From: Bacteroidota bacterium
GTDB taxonomy: Bacteria; Bacteroidota; Bacteroidia; Palsa-948
DNA length: 64,000 nt
Direction: 5' to 3'
Assembly (NCBI GenBank): GCA_016195025.1
Contig: JACQAL010000036.1
Coordinates: forward strand, 19,411-83,410
Shown: one piece after another, positions 27,401 to 37,219 of the stretch
Position numbering within the stretch: the first letter of the stretch is position 1
Layout: each line of letters opens with the position of its first letter
Notes under the pieces: model-generated
Seen by the model: the letters and a program-made list of their open reading frames with translations, nothing else
Told to the model about the DNA's origin: nothing
Database searches by the model: none
Translations under genes and position numbers: made by a program

Positions 27401-27666
27401 GTTACTGAATTGGATGAAAGCCCGTCCTTCCTCTGAAAAAGCTTATAGGAAATTCCGTTGTAGCGAATCAATCCGAGTTCGGTTCCAACCCATAAATTTC
27501 CGCTATGGTCTTGCGCGATTGCCTGGATTTTAATTTCTTTTTTTCCGGAAATAAGTTGATGAATGCGGATGGATTGCTGGGCGGAGAGATGCTGAAACAA
27601 GTTCAGCAGGCCTGAAAGAAAAAAAATGAACGCTGCGAAACGGAGAGTTCTGTTTATGCACCTCAT
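24484..27666 (-). CDS. sensor protein: periplasmic two-component-regulator beta-propeller/Y_Y_Y domain, TM, coiled coil, C-terminal PP2C/SpoIIE-type serine phosphatase
   Basis: Repeated W.GT..GL...DG propeller blades. A TM segment (WFYLLCAIFLAAFFYV). C-terminal GDFYW...DCTGHG...DG...SDG PP2C motifs. Confidence 0.75.
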   Translation of the reverse strand: MRCINRTLRFAAFIFFLSGLLNLFQHLSAQQSIRIHQLISGKKEIKIQAIAQDHSGNLWVGTELGLIRYNGISYKLFQRKDGLSSNSVTALLENSDSILWIGYADGKISLLRNEKFSSFTQKDSADKEKISCIVADSKKNVWIGTYGSGTYLFDGKNISHYNSKNGLSDDFVYSICEAKEGSIWLGTDGGITILEGGKKNYLTTKSGLPDNIVPIILKDRKGKIWIAMRDSGFCNYDLAEKKIIRPGIKGGWKFGPIYSMLVDYSGAVWIGAEAEGGLIAFTVRDNYYFRFPVSGHNAHSNQKVQVLFEDTEKNIWIGTEKGLTQYCRSRFEVFTMKDGLPSDSIRALMNDSKGNYWISTPKGLFTFHFDESGIPKSKLFFSDKKSDFRIVSLFEGKNGNVWVGTYGHGAYLLNPETGSTTIFSEAQGLASNNIMSICDDKDGNIWLATLGGGVSKISFTEENYRGKSAVKNFSEEDGIGSIYAYYAFRDSRNILWFGTDGGGITRYDGKFFSSFNTKAGGLKSDIVYSIIEDESGLIWFATQEGGIYSYNGRTFTNYGTENGIRDLSPDILSLGAGNDVVIAHDNGIDVLDGKNPKQARQYNFSEAGNDFSPNQNVFFRDKNGIVWMGTDNGIIRFRSSFDSLDYLAPKTQLTGLQVMLQLYPMNASPEFSYKQNQFVFEFMGTFLRAPEKVRYRYKLDGHNKEWSLPTENRMASYPNLPNGEYTFQVSASNAEGMWSEPVSYHFVIKPPFWKTVWFYLLCAIFLAAFFYVSMKLRVKALQRQNKILEEKVEQRTHEVVEQKKIIEEKNKDITSSIRYAKRIQDALLPAKKYMDEHMEDYFVLFKQKDIVSGDFYWANKKESKLFFAAIDCTGHGVPGAFVSLVAHGNIQRAIIMFQLRTPSEILDKLNEGVTDVLSRGGETQDIKDGMDISLCGLDRKNMKLEFSGANHPMLLIRNGELKEIRGDKQPIGQFISRKNFTNHELEIQKGDTIYLYSDGYGDQFGGKQGKKFKRSRLKELILSIHHKPMEQQKIILDETIEEWKGNLEQIDDILVMGVKV

Positions 27667-27688
27667 TTAGAAAATATAAAATAAAAAA

Positions 27689-28240
27689 TCAGGTTGACTT
27701 GAGAGCAATTTTCACAGTAACATTTACCACTTTGGCTATTGCGAGCGAATTCATTTTTGAAACTTTTATTCCATGGTCTTCAAGTGGAATGGAAAAACCG
27801 GAATCAACGGAAATCTGTCCTTCCTTCACCGTAATTTTTGCATCAATGATTCTTTCTTTTTCAACTCCGTGAAGCAGCAGCATTCCTTTTCCGCGAACGG
27901 TATAAGTTCCGGGAACTGCGAGGTTCACATCTTCAATTATTTTTCCTTTGAAAGAGGTTTCGGGATATTTGGGCGACTCTACAAATTTTTCGTTGAAATG
28001 TTTTTTCTGCTGGGCATTTATAAATCCCTGGAAAGAAGAAAGCGGAATCGAAAAAGAAAAAGTGCGCTTGCTCACGTCCACAGTTCCTTTCACATCAGTA
28101 GAAGCGCCTTTGATAGTTTCAAAATTTGCAGAAGAAACAAACGAAACGTTCGCAGTTTGAATGGCGAGCTCATCCGAACTATGCGGGCAGAAGGAAGTGC
28201 AGGCAAGGGCAATAAATATGGGTAAGAAAACTTTTTTCAT
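27689..28240 (-). CDS. YceI-like periplasmic protein
   Basis: Signal peptide and YceI-like beta-barrel pattern. Confidence 0.65.
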   Translation of the reverse strand: MKKVFLPIFIALACTSFCPHSSDELAIQTANVSFVSSANFETIKGASTDVKGTVDVSKRTFSFSIPLSSFQGFINAQQKKHFNEKFVESPKYPETSFKGKIIEDVNLAVPGTYTVRGKGMLLLHGVEKERIIDAKITVKEGQISVDSGFSIPLEDHGIKVSKMNSLAIAKVVNVTVKIALKST

Positions 28241-28335
28241 TAGAAATTCCCGCTATGAAATCGGTTGGCTAAAGTAAAAAAAATACTGATAAGAATATAG
28301 CCAAATTCATTTCTTATAATAGGGTTTATGGAATT

Positions 28336-31300
28336 TTGATTTACCTTGCATCCATTCATTGTTCTTTGTTCAATGTTTATTGTCCAATGCTTAATAAAAA
28401 CAAAAAAATGAAAAAAATTTTTCTCATCGCGGTTTTATTTTCTTCCCTTATTGTAACTGCTCTTGGATTTTATTTTAATCCTGCATCTCCTTTTCCAAAA
28501 CCAAAAGGGGTTTCACTTTTAATTTTTCCCAAAGGAAGCACCTATGAAAAGGAATGGAAGAAAGTGGATTCACTCACAAATAAAGGGCTGACAAAATCCG
28601 CGCTGGATGTAGTGGAAGGAATTTATGCAAAAGCAAAAACCGACAACAACGCTCCGCAGATTGTGAAGGCAATCATTCACCGCATAAAATTAGAATCTTA
28701 TATGGAAGAATATTCTGTGCAGAAATCGATTAACAAGCTGAATGAAGAAATAAAAGATTCCAAATATCCGCTCACGCCTGTTTTGCATTCCGTGCTGGCG
28801 GAAATGTACTGGCATTATTACCAGCAGAACCGCTGGAAATTTCAGAACAGAACGCAGACAGTGAATTTTAAAATGGACGACATCAATACCTGGGATTTGA
28901 AAACCATTGTTGATCAGACTATGAAACATTATCAATCATCGCTCAAAGATGTTGACTCGCTCAAGCGCACGCCTTTGAATATTTATGACGATGTAATTAT
29001 CAATGATGAAGTGAAAAATACGGATAAGCCCGCTACGACAAGAAAACTTCGCCCATCACTTTTTGATTTTCTCGCGCACCGCGCAGTTGATTTCTATATA
29101 AATGAAGAACCGGATATTATCAAGCCCGCTTTCAAGTTTGAACTTAATAGCGAAAGTTATTTCTGGAGTTACAATGATTTTGCAAAACTGAAAATCGAGA
29201 ACAAAGATTCTCTCTCGCTGAAATTTTATGGAATAAAATTATTGCAGGACTTAATTGCGTTTCACAGTAATGATGCGAATCCCGAAGCGCTGATTGATGT
29301 TGACTTAAAGAGATTGAAGTTTGTCAGAAGCAAGTCCATCATCGAGATAAAAGACAGTTTGTATTTGCAGGCGTTGGAAAATCTTGAAAAGAAATTTTTA
29401 TCGAATCAATCTTCAACAGAAATCTCCTATGAAATTGCGCAGGAGCATAACAATCGCGGAGCAAAATATAATCCGCTCATAGGTGATGATAACAAGTGGG
29501 AAAAGAAAATCGCTTTGCAGATTTGCGAAGACGCGATAAAAAGATTTCCGGAATCATTCGGAGCAAACAACTGCAAATATTTAGAGTCGCTCATCAAAAC
29601 AAAATCTGTTACGTTTAATGTGGAAGAAGGAAATCTTCCCGGCAAACCGTTCCGCGCAAGAGTTCAGTATAATAATCTAAGCAAAATTTATTTGCGAGTC
29701 ATAAAAGAAAGCGCAGACAGATTTTCTAAAGATGTAGAAAATCTTTATGGCGAAAAACTCATAGACAAATTTTTAAAACAAGAAACGGTGAAAGAATGGA
29801 GTTTGGATTTGCTTTCTGATGGCGACTATCAATCTCATTCCTCGGAAATAAAAATTGATTCGCTTCCGCTGGGGCATTATGTATTGCTCATCGGCTCTGA
29901 TAAAAGTTTTACTTACAACAAAAACGGAATTGCGTATGGAAATCTTTTCGTTACAAATCTCAGTTATGTTCAGCGCAGAACAGAAAATGGCGGTTATGAC
30001 TTCACGGTTTTTCATAGGGAAAACGGAAATCCGCTGAAAGGAGTGAACGCGCAGCTCTGGTACAACAAATATAATTACACGCTTCGCAGGTATGAATACC
30101 GCAAAGGAGATTCTTATTTAACGGATGAAAATGGGTTCTTTCATATTCCTGCTTCAAAGAATGATTCGTATGAAAATGATTTTGTGGAGTTCACTAATGG
30201 AAACGATAAATTGTATTCCGATAACGGAATTTATCTCTACCGCTATTATCCGCAGGAGAAAAAATTTTATCCTCATACCTATATGTTCACGGACCGAGCG
30301 ATTTATCGTCCGGGACAAACAATTTATTTCAAGGGAATCATGATTGAGAGCGATGGAGAAACCAATCGCATCCTTGCGAACAGAACGGAAAATGTAATTC
30401 TTTACGATGTGAACTACCAAGAAGTAGCAAAAGTTTTACTCACGACAAATGAATACGGAAGTTTCAACGGAACATTTGTGCTTCCGCAAAATTTACTCAA
30501 TGGACAAATGCATCTGGGAAATGCGTACGGCTACGCGTATGTTTCCGTGGAAGATTACAAGCGCCCCAAGTTTGAAGTGACCGCGCCTCCGATAAAAGGA
30601 GTTTACAAACTGAACGGAAATGTGGAAGTGAAAGGCAAAGCAGAATCGTATGCAGGTGCAAATATTTCAGGAGCAGAAGTGAAATACCGTGTTGTCCGCA
30701 ATGCAACGTTTCCTTATTACTGGTACTGGTGGAGAGGATATTATCCTTCGTCTCCGCAAATGGAAATCACAAATGGAATCACCACAACGAATGATACGGG
30801 AGGATTTGTCATCAACTTCAAAGCAATTCCTGATTTGAGTATTTCGAAAAATTATTCTCCGCTATATACGTACACAATTTATTCCGATGTCACTGACATC
30901 ACCGGAGAAACACACAGTAATGTAAATTCTGTTTCGGTTGGATACAACGCGATGAAGATGGATGTGAACATTGGCGGAAATGTTTCAAAAGACTCTGTGC
31001 CGAAGTTCAATATCAATACAACAAATCTTAATGGAGAATATGAGCAAGCAAAAGTAAAAGTGCAGATATGGAAACAGGTTGAACCGAATCGCCTGTTCAG
31101 AAAAAGATTATGGGAACAAGCCGACAAACACCTGATGACTAAAGACGAATACTATGCGAATTTCCCGAATGATGAATATGCTGACGAAAGCAATTCTTAC
31201 AAATGGGAAAAAGGCGCGCAGGTTTTCTCTTCTGAAATCGAAACCATAAAAGACAAGGATGAACTTTCACTCAGCACGATTGCAAACTGGCAAGCGGGTT

Positions 31301-34300
31301 CTTATGTAATGGAAGCCACCACAAAAGATAAATTCGGAGAAGAAGTGAAGGATGTGAAATACTTTACAGTGTATTCTTCAAACGGAAATATAGTTCCTGT
31401 AAATGATTATGACTGGTACTCCGCGTTGAAATCAGACGGAGAGCCCGGCACCAAAGCAACTTTCCTTATCGGGACAAAATCTTCCGACACAAAAGTTTTA
31501 TTCGAGATAGAACACAAGAATGAAATTGTGAAAAAAGAATGGCTTACATTGAACAATGAGCAAAAGAAAATTGAAATTCCCATAGAGGAAAAACATAGAG
31601 GGAATTTTGCATGTCATTTAATTTTTGTGAAGAATGGTCGCGCATATTCGCATGACCAAACCATCACTGTTCCATATACAAATAAAGAACTGGATTTGCA
31701 GTACGAAACTTTCCGCGATAAATTAATTCCCGGACAAAAAGAAGAATGGAAATTAAAAATCAAAAGCAAGAAAGGCGATAAGATTGCTTCCGAACTTCTC
31801 ATGGCAATGTACGATGCTTCGCTCGATGCTTTCCGCGCGAACAGCTGGGCGTTCAACATTTACAATACCTATTACGCGCAGCGCAGCTGGGAAATTTATC
31901 CAGTCGCAAAAAATAATACTTCGCAAATTTTTTCCAAGGACTGGAATATTTATCCTGCGCTTCTCTATAAATATTACGACCGGCTGAATTGGTTTGGCTA
32001 TTACAATTATGGTTACGGAAACTACAGGTATTATTATAAAGGAGGAGGTAGAAAAGATTATGATGGAGATTATGAAATGGATGAAGGTGTGGCCGGTGCG
32101 GCAGAAAAAATGCCCGCTGCAAAAGCAGATTCACAAACTGAGACAACTGTAAATGCCTATGGATTTCTTGGCGGAGTAAAAAAGGAAGCATCTAAAAATA
32201 AAGATAAAGCCGGTGAAGAAGTTGATTATTCAGTTCCTCTTATTGATGCCGATGCAAACACGGGCGGAACCGTTACAAGAGAACAATCAGGAAAATCTCA
32301 CGAATCACTCGCAAATATTTCAGCAAGAAAAAATCTGGCGGAGACTGCATTCTTCTTCCCAACGCTGATGACGGATGAGAACGGAAACGTAATTATCAAG
32401 TTCACCGTTCCCGAAGCGCTCACGAAATGGAAAGTGATGGGGCTCGCGCACACAAAAGATTTAAAATACGGGCAGATTGAAAAAGAAGTGGTGACGCAAA
32501 AAGAACTGATGGTGACTCCGCACGCTCCGCGTTTCTTCCGCGAGAATGATAAAATAACTTTTACCGCGAAAGTGGATAATCTTTCTTCTGCCGATATGAA
32601 CGGAACCGCGCAACTTTTTTTGTACGATGCAATCACGATGAAGCCGCTGAATATTTTTGTTGTCTCAGCAACTGATAATGTGAAAGGAGAAGCGACTTCT
32701 GTTACTTCCTTCACTGCGAAGAAAGGACAAAGCGCTCCGCTTGAATGGAATCTTTCAATTCCTGAAGGCGTTGGCGCAATCACTTATAAAGTGGTTGCGA
32801 AAGCAGGAAACTTTACCGATGGAGAAGAGAATGCAGTTCCTGTTTTGACAAACAGGATGCTGGTAACAGAATCTCTTCCGCTCCCGATTAGAAGCAAGCA
32901 AACAAAAACTTTTAAGTTCGAAAAATTTATTTCCCAGAACAATGGTTCAAGCACGTTGCGAAATCATAAACTCACTTTGGAATTTTCCGCAAATCCTGCA
33001 TGGTACGCGATGCAGTCGCTTCCTTATATAATGGAGTATCCGTATGAATGCGCGGAGCAAACTTTTTCAAGATTCTATGCAAACTCGATTGCTTCGCACA
33101 TTGCCAACTCTTCCCCGAAAATAAAATCTGTGTTTGATAGTTGGAAATCTTCTTCGCCCGATGCATTCTTATCCAACTTGCAAAAAAATCAGGAGTTAAA
33201 ATCTTTGATGCTCGAAGAAACTCCGTGGGTGCTCGATGCGAAAGATGAAAGCGAAAGGAAGAAAAGAGTCGGATTGCTTTTCGATTTAAATAAAATGTCG
33301 AACGAACTTGAATCTGCGCTGAACAAATTGCAGAAGATGCAGGCGAGCAATGGCGGCTGGCCATGGTTCGAAGGAATGCCCGATGACCGTTACATCACGC
33401 AGCATATCGTAACTGGAATGGGACATCTCGATCACCTCGGAGTAAAAAATATTCGCGAAGATTCTAAATCGTGGAATATGGTGAAGAATGCGGTGAGATA
33501 TCTGGATGACAGAATCCGCGAGGATTACGAATGGATTTTGAAACACGATAAAGAAAATATTGACAAAGACCATTTGAGTTACGAGCAGATTCAATATTTA
33601 TATGCGAGAAGTTATTTCAAAGATATTTCTATCGCGAATCATAATCAGAAAGCATTTGATTATTATAAAGGACAAGCGCAAAAATATTGGCTCGGCAAAG
33701 GAAGATACATGAACGGAATGATCGCACTCGGGCTTTTCCGCTATGGAGATAAAAAAAATCCTGCGGATATTATGAAATCGCTGAAAGAAAATTCTCTCAG
33801 CAGCGAAGAAATGGGAATGTACTGGAAAGAAAACTACGAAGGATTTTACTGGTACGAAGCGCCTATTGAATCACAAGCGTTATTGATAGAAGCATTTGAT
33901 GAAGTGGCGGGAGATAAAAAAGCAGTGGATGATTTAAAAGTTTGGCTGTTGAAATCAAAGCAAACGCAGAACTGGGAATCCACGAAAGCAACTACGGAAG
34001 CAGTTTACGCTTTGTTGTTGAGAGGAACCGACTGGCTCGCTACAGAATCCAATGTGGAAATTTCCCTCGGTGATATGAAGATCGATCCTAAAAATATGCC
34101 AGACGTAAAAGTAGAAGCAGGCACCGGCTATTTCAAAACATCGTGGAGCGGAAGCGACATAAAACCGCAGATGGGAAATATAACTGTGAGTAAAAAAGAC
34201 GAAGGCGTTTCCTGGGGCGCAGTGTACTGGCAATATTTTGAACAACTGGATAAAATCACTCCGCATAAAACTCCGCTTCAACTCGTGAAAAAACTTTTCA

Positions 34301-34695
34301 TAGAAAAAAATACTGCGTCAGGTCCCGTGATTGAGCCTGTAACTGAAAACACAAAACTTAAACCCGGAGATAAATTAAAAGTGAGAATTGAATTGCGTGT
34401 TGACCGAGACATGCAATATGTTCACATGAAAGATATGCGCGCTTCGGGATTCGAACCGACAAATGTTTTTTCGCAGTATAAATATCAGGATGGGCTTGGT
34501 TATTACGAAAGCACGCGCGATGCATCCACAAATTTTTTCTTCTCGCACCTGAACAAAGGAACTTATGTGTTTGAATATCCTTTAGTGGTTTCTCACAGCG
34601 GTGATTTTTCAAACGGCATTACAACCATACAGTGCATGTATGCTCCGGAATTTACCAGCCACAGTGAAGGAATACGAGTGAAAGTGGGGAAGTAA
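28336..34695 (+). CDS. very large alpha-2-macroglobulin family protein with a thioester motif; the real start is probably the MKKIFLIAVLF at 28408
   Basis: MEYPYECAEQTF carries the CxEQ thioester signature in the PYGCGEQ position. Size, signal and TM at the N-terminus fit bacterial A2M. Confidence 0.8.
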   Translation: MIYLASIHCSLFNVYCPMLNKNKKMKKIFLIAVLFSSLIVTALGFYFNPASPFPKPKGVSLLIFPKGSTYEKEWKKVDSLTNKGLTKSALDVVEGIYAKAKTDNNAPQIVKAIIHRIKLESYMEEYSVQKSINKLNEEIKDSKYPLTPVLHSVLAEMYWHYYQQNRWKFQNRTQTVNFKMDDINTWDLKTIVDQTMKHYQSSLKDVDSLKRTPLNIYDDVIINDEVKNTDKPATTRKLRPSLFDFLAHRAVDFYINEEPDIIKPAFKFELNSESYFWSYNDFAKLKIENKDSLSLKFYGIKLLQDLIAFHSNDANPEALIDVDLKRLKFVRSKSIIEIKDSLYLQALENLEKKFLSNQSSTEISYEIAQEHNNRGAKYNPLIGDDNKWEKKIALQICEDAIKRFPESFGANNCKYLESLIKTKSVTFNVEEGNLPGKPFRARVQYNNLSKIYLRVIKESADRFSKDVENLYGEKLIDKFLKQETVKEWSLDLLSDGDYQSHSSEIKIDSLPLGHYVLLIGSDKSFTYNKNGIAYGNLFVTNLSYVQRRTENGGYDFTVFHRENGNPLKGVNAQLWYNKYNYTLRRYEYRKGDSYLTDENGFFHIPASKNDSYENDFVEFTNGNDKLYSDNGIYLYRYYPQEKKFYPHTYMFTDRAIYRPGQTIYFKGIMIESDGETNRILANRTENVILYDVNYQEVAKVLLTTNEYGSFNGTFVLPQNLLNGQMHLGNAYGYAYVSVEDYKRPKFEVTAPPIKGVYKLNGNVEVKGKAESYAGANISGAEVKYRVVRNATFPYYWYWWRGYYPSSPQMEITNGITTTNDTGGFVINFKAIPDLSISKNYSPLYTYTIYSDVTDITGETHSNVNSVSVGYNAMKMDVNIGGNVSKDSVPKFNINTTNLNGEYEQAKVKVQIWKQVEPNRLFRKRLWEQADKHLMTKDEYYANFPNDEYADESNSYKWEKGAQVFSSEIETIKDKDELSLSTIANWQAGSYVMEATTKDKFGEEVKDVKYFTVYSSNGNIVPVNDYDWYSALKSDGEPGTKATFLIGTKSSDTKVLFEIEHKNEIVKKEWLTLNNEQKKIEIPIEEKHRGNFACHLIFVKNGRAYSHDQTITVPYTNKELDLQYETFRDKLIPGQKEEWKLKIKSKKGDKIASELLMAMYDASLDAFRANSWAFNIYNTYYAQRSWEIYPVAKNNTSQIFSKDWNIYPALLYKYYDRLNWFGYYNYGYGNYRYYYKGGGRKDYDGDYEMDEGVAGAAEKMPAAKADSQTETTVNAYGFLGGVKKEASKNKDKAGEEVDYSVPLIDADANTGGTVTREQSGKSHESLANISARKNLAETAFFFPTLMTDENGNVIIKFTVPEALTKWKVMGLAHTKDLKYGQIEKEVVTQKELMVTPHAPRFFRENDKITFTAKVDNLSSADMNGTAQLFLYDAITMKPLNIFVVSATDNVKGEATSVTSFTAKKGQSAPLEWNLSIPEGVGAITYKVVAKAGNFTDGEENAVPVLTNRMLVTESLPLPIRSKQTKTFKFEKFISQNNGSSTLRNHKLTLEFSANPAWYAMQSLPYIMEYPYECAEQTFSRFYANSIASHIANSSPKIKSVFDSWKSSSPDAFLSNLQKNQELKSLMLEETPWVLDAKDESERKKRVGLLFDLNKMSNELESALNKLQKMQASNGGWPWFEGMPDDRYITQHIVTGMGHLDHLGVKNIREDSKSWNMVKNAVRYLDDRIREDYEWILKHDKENIDKDHLSYEQIQYLYARSYFKDISIANHNQKAFDYYKGQAQKYWLGKGRYMNGMIALGLFRYGDKKNPADIMKSLKENSLSSEEMGMYWKENYEGFYWYEAPIESQALLIEAFDEVAGDKKAVDDLKVWLLKSKQTQNWESTKATTEAVYALLLRGTDWLATESNVEISLGDMKIDPKNMPDVKVEAGTGYFKTSWSGSDIKPQMGNITVSKKDEGVSWGAVYWQYFEQLDKITPHKTPLQLVKKLFIEKNTASGPVIEPVTENTKLKPGDKLKVRIELRVDRDMQYVHMKDMRASGFEPTNVFSQYKYQDGLGYYESTRDASTNFFFSHLNKGTYVFEYPLVVSHSGDFSNGITTIQCMYAPEFTSHSEGIRVKVGK

Positions 34696-34788
34696 AAAAG
34701 TGATTTCATTTTTTCGCGCCAAAAAATAGTTTACAGGAAATTTTCCCAACATCTATCTTTTTCCTACTATTGTCTGCGCAAATTCATT

Positions 34789-36684
34789 ATGCCAAGGATT
34801 TACTTATTTCTGTTTTATTTTCTCTCTGAGTTATTTTGCTTTTCTCAAAATCAGAGCAGCGAAAAAGCAAAGTGGTTTATGTTCCGCAAATCTGATTCTG
34901 CCTTTTATTTTTCCGGGAAGGCAATGAAAGAAGCAAAAGATTCTTCCGATTTTTACTATGGAAAATTTTTATTCGGACAATGTATTTTCTGGCAAGGGCA
35001 TATTGACAGCAGCATTTCATATTACAATGCTGCAGAAAAATTTTTCATCCGAACAAAAGATTCTCTGCGCCTGATGGAAGTATGTGCTGAAACCGGAAAT
35101 GCGCTGAAGGTTAATTCACAATATGACAAATCGTATGATTGCCTGATGAAAGCGCTGAATATTGCACAGTCGGTTAATTCCCTGCGCTGGCAGACAATGC
35201 TCAATATTTATTTGGCAGAACATGCGCGCGCCATCGGCAACAAAGCAAATGCGCTGGTGTTTATTGACCGCGCATTTAATCTTGATAATATTAATCCGCT
35301 GAAAGATGATGACCTTGCCGAACTTTATCATCGCAAAGCCGCCATTGAACATGAGTTCGGCAATGCGGAAAATGCCGAAGCATATTCGCTGAAGAGTTTA
35401 AAAATTTCCGAAGCGCTCGGCAACCTTCATCAGCAGGCTACTTCTTATAATGAACTGGGATTTTACTATGGAAACCATCGTCCACAAGATGTTGTACAAT
35501 ATGAAAAGCCCTTGCAATATTATTACAAAGCGGAAAGTATTTGGGGAAAATTAAACTTCAAAAGATATTATACATGGGTTTGGAGAAACATTGCGCGCGA
35601 ACTTTGGAGCAACCACCGCTATGAAGAATCCACGCGCCTGCTGAAAAAAACGCTTTCTATTTCTGAAGAAAATCATTGGGATGAAGTTTCTTCGGATGTT
35701 TCTCAACAGTTAGCGGCAAATTTTGAATCACAGAAAAAGACCGACAGCGCTTTATACTATTATAAAAAACACAACGACTATTTTGCTTCCACGCAGGAAA
35801 AAATCAGAAGCAAAGGATTTGAAGACATTGTCATAAAATATGCCACTCAGCAAAAAGAAGAAATGCTCCGGAAGCAAGAGCGCGAAACTTCACTGGCAAA
35901 AATGGAAGCGGAAAAAACAGCGAGCCAGCGGAATTTTATTCTGCTGCTGCTTTTTATTCTTATCCTACTCTTTGTGGTAATTGCCTATTTAACATTATCG
36001 CTGCAAAAGAAAAATATTTTGCTCGGAGAAGGAAACAGGAAAATTGAATCTATCAACAAGCAATTGAAATCGGAACTGAACCAGAAAAATATTCTTCTTG
36101 CCGAACTTCACCACCGCGTAAAAAATAATCTGGCAATTCTTTCCGGGCTCATCAATCTTCAAAAGGAATCCGTGAAGGACGCAGCCGCAAGCGAAATTCT
36201 TCAGGACACGCAGAACCGAATCCGCACCATTGCCATTATTCACCAGGGATTGTACAGCATCAATGATTCTGAAAAAATTAATTTTGAAAAATATCTTCAG
36301 GAACTTTCTTCTTCCTTAATCAGCGCTTACAAAAAGCAAAAAGAAAAAATTGAATGCACAATAGATTTTCAAAACATTGCGGTTAATATCAATAAAGCCG
36401 TGCCGCTTGCGCTCATCATGAATGAACTTTTATCCAATTCGCTTAAGCATGCATTTAAAAATTCTCATGGCGGAAAAATGGGGATTACCGGAAGAATGGA
36501 AAATAAATTCCTGCATCTTTTTGTTTATGATAATGGTCCCGGCTTTTCTCCCGATTTCAATAATCTTTCTTCTTCATCACTGGGATTGCATCTGGTAAAA
36601 ATTCTTTCCGAGCAACTGGATGCAGAATATCATTATCATTCTCAAAAAGGGAAAAGCGAATTTAGTTTTTTAATTCCGCTTTAA
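34789..36684 (+). CDS. sensor histidine kinase with N-terminal TPR repeats, one TM, coiled coil, and HisKA_2 plus HATPase domains
   Basis: The phospho-acceptor box LHHRVKNNLAILSGLINLQ and the ATPase region. Confidence 0.75.
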   Translation: MPRIYLFLFYFLSELFCFSQNQSSEKAKWFMFRKSDSAFYFSGKAMKEAKDSSDFYYGKFLFGQCIFWQGHIDSSISYYNAAEKFFIRTKDSLRLMEVCAETGNALKVNSQYDKSYDCLMKALNIAQSVNSLRWQTMLNIYLAEHARAIGNKANALVFIDRAFNLDNINPLKDDDLAELYHRKAAIEHEFGNAENAEAYSLKSLKISEALGNLHQQATSYNELGFYYGNHRPQDVVQYEKPLQYYYKAESIWGKLNFKRYYTWVWRNIARELWSNHRYEESTRLLKKTLSISEENHWDEVSSDVSQQLAANFESQKKTDSALYYYKKHNDYFASTQEKIRSKGFEDIVIKYATQQKEEMLRKQERETSLAKMEAEKTASQRNFILLLLFILILLFVVIAYLTLSLQKKNILLGEGNRKIESINKQLKSELNQKNILLAELHHRVKNNLAILSGLINLQKESVKDAAASEILQDTQNRIRTIAIIHQGLYSINDSEKINFEKYLQELSSSLISAYKKQKEKIECTIDFQNIAVNINKAVPLALIMNELLSNSLKHAFKNSHGGKMGITGRMENKFLHLFVYDNGPGFSPDFNNLSSSSLGLHLVKILSEQLDAEYHYHSQKGKSEFSFLIPL

Positions 36685-36688
36685 TGCT

Positions 36689-37219
36689 TCATCCTACCAC
36701 GCTTCCTAATTGCATCAGCACGTTGGCAACTTTCAAACTTTGGGAATCAAGTGCGGATTTGTTAATGTCGAATTTCAATGCATCGTCTTCTTCCACCACA
36801 AAACTTATGGCAGCGCCTTTTTTTGCCAAGCCCTCGCGCTCGGCTACAATCAACACCGGTTTGCCTTTTGTTTTTTCGGCAATAAGTTTCAACATGGAAC
36901 TTTTTTGAGAAGGAATATAAATCAGGTTGCAGGAAGCAGCTTCTTCTGCCGATGAAATAATTTTCACAATAATTTTTTTCCCTTTTGCTTTTTTATTTTC
37001 AGACAGCACCTGCAATTCTTTTTGTATAGGGGAATCGCCCGCCACTCCGATTATAAATTCATTTTTTTCATCGGGCGGCCATTCGACATATTTAATAAAG
37101 TTGTACAGAAACAATGTGTACGCTTTATAATCTTTATCCTGAGAAAAAACTTTTTCACTTTTTCCTCCGATGAAAACAAAAAATCCAATTGCAAAAATAT
37201 AATTCACCGCTTGTTTCAT
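36689..37219 (-). CDS. DUF4154 (YfiR-like) periplasmic protein
   Basis: Signal peptide and DUF4154 pattern (YTLFLYNFIKYVEWP). Confidence 0.5.
   Translation of the reverse strand: MKQAVNYIFAIGFFVFIGGKSEKVFSQDKDYKAYTLFLYNFIKYVEWPPDEKNEFIIGVAGDSPIQKELQVLSENKKAKGKKIIVKIISSAEEAASCNLIYIPSQKSSMLKLIAEKTKGKPVLIVAEREGLAKKGAAISFVVEEDDALKFDINKSALDSQSLKVANVLMQLGSVVG

Noticed and set aside
28336-28407. N-terminal 24-residue extension of the A2M ORF (MIYLASIHCSLFNVYCPMLNKNKK)
   Set aside because: It precedes a canonical signal/TM start (MKKIFLIAVLF). It is probably untranslated leader, so the product is reported from the full ORF with a note.
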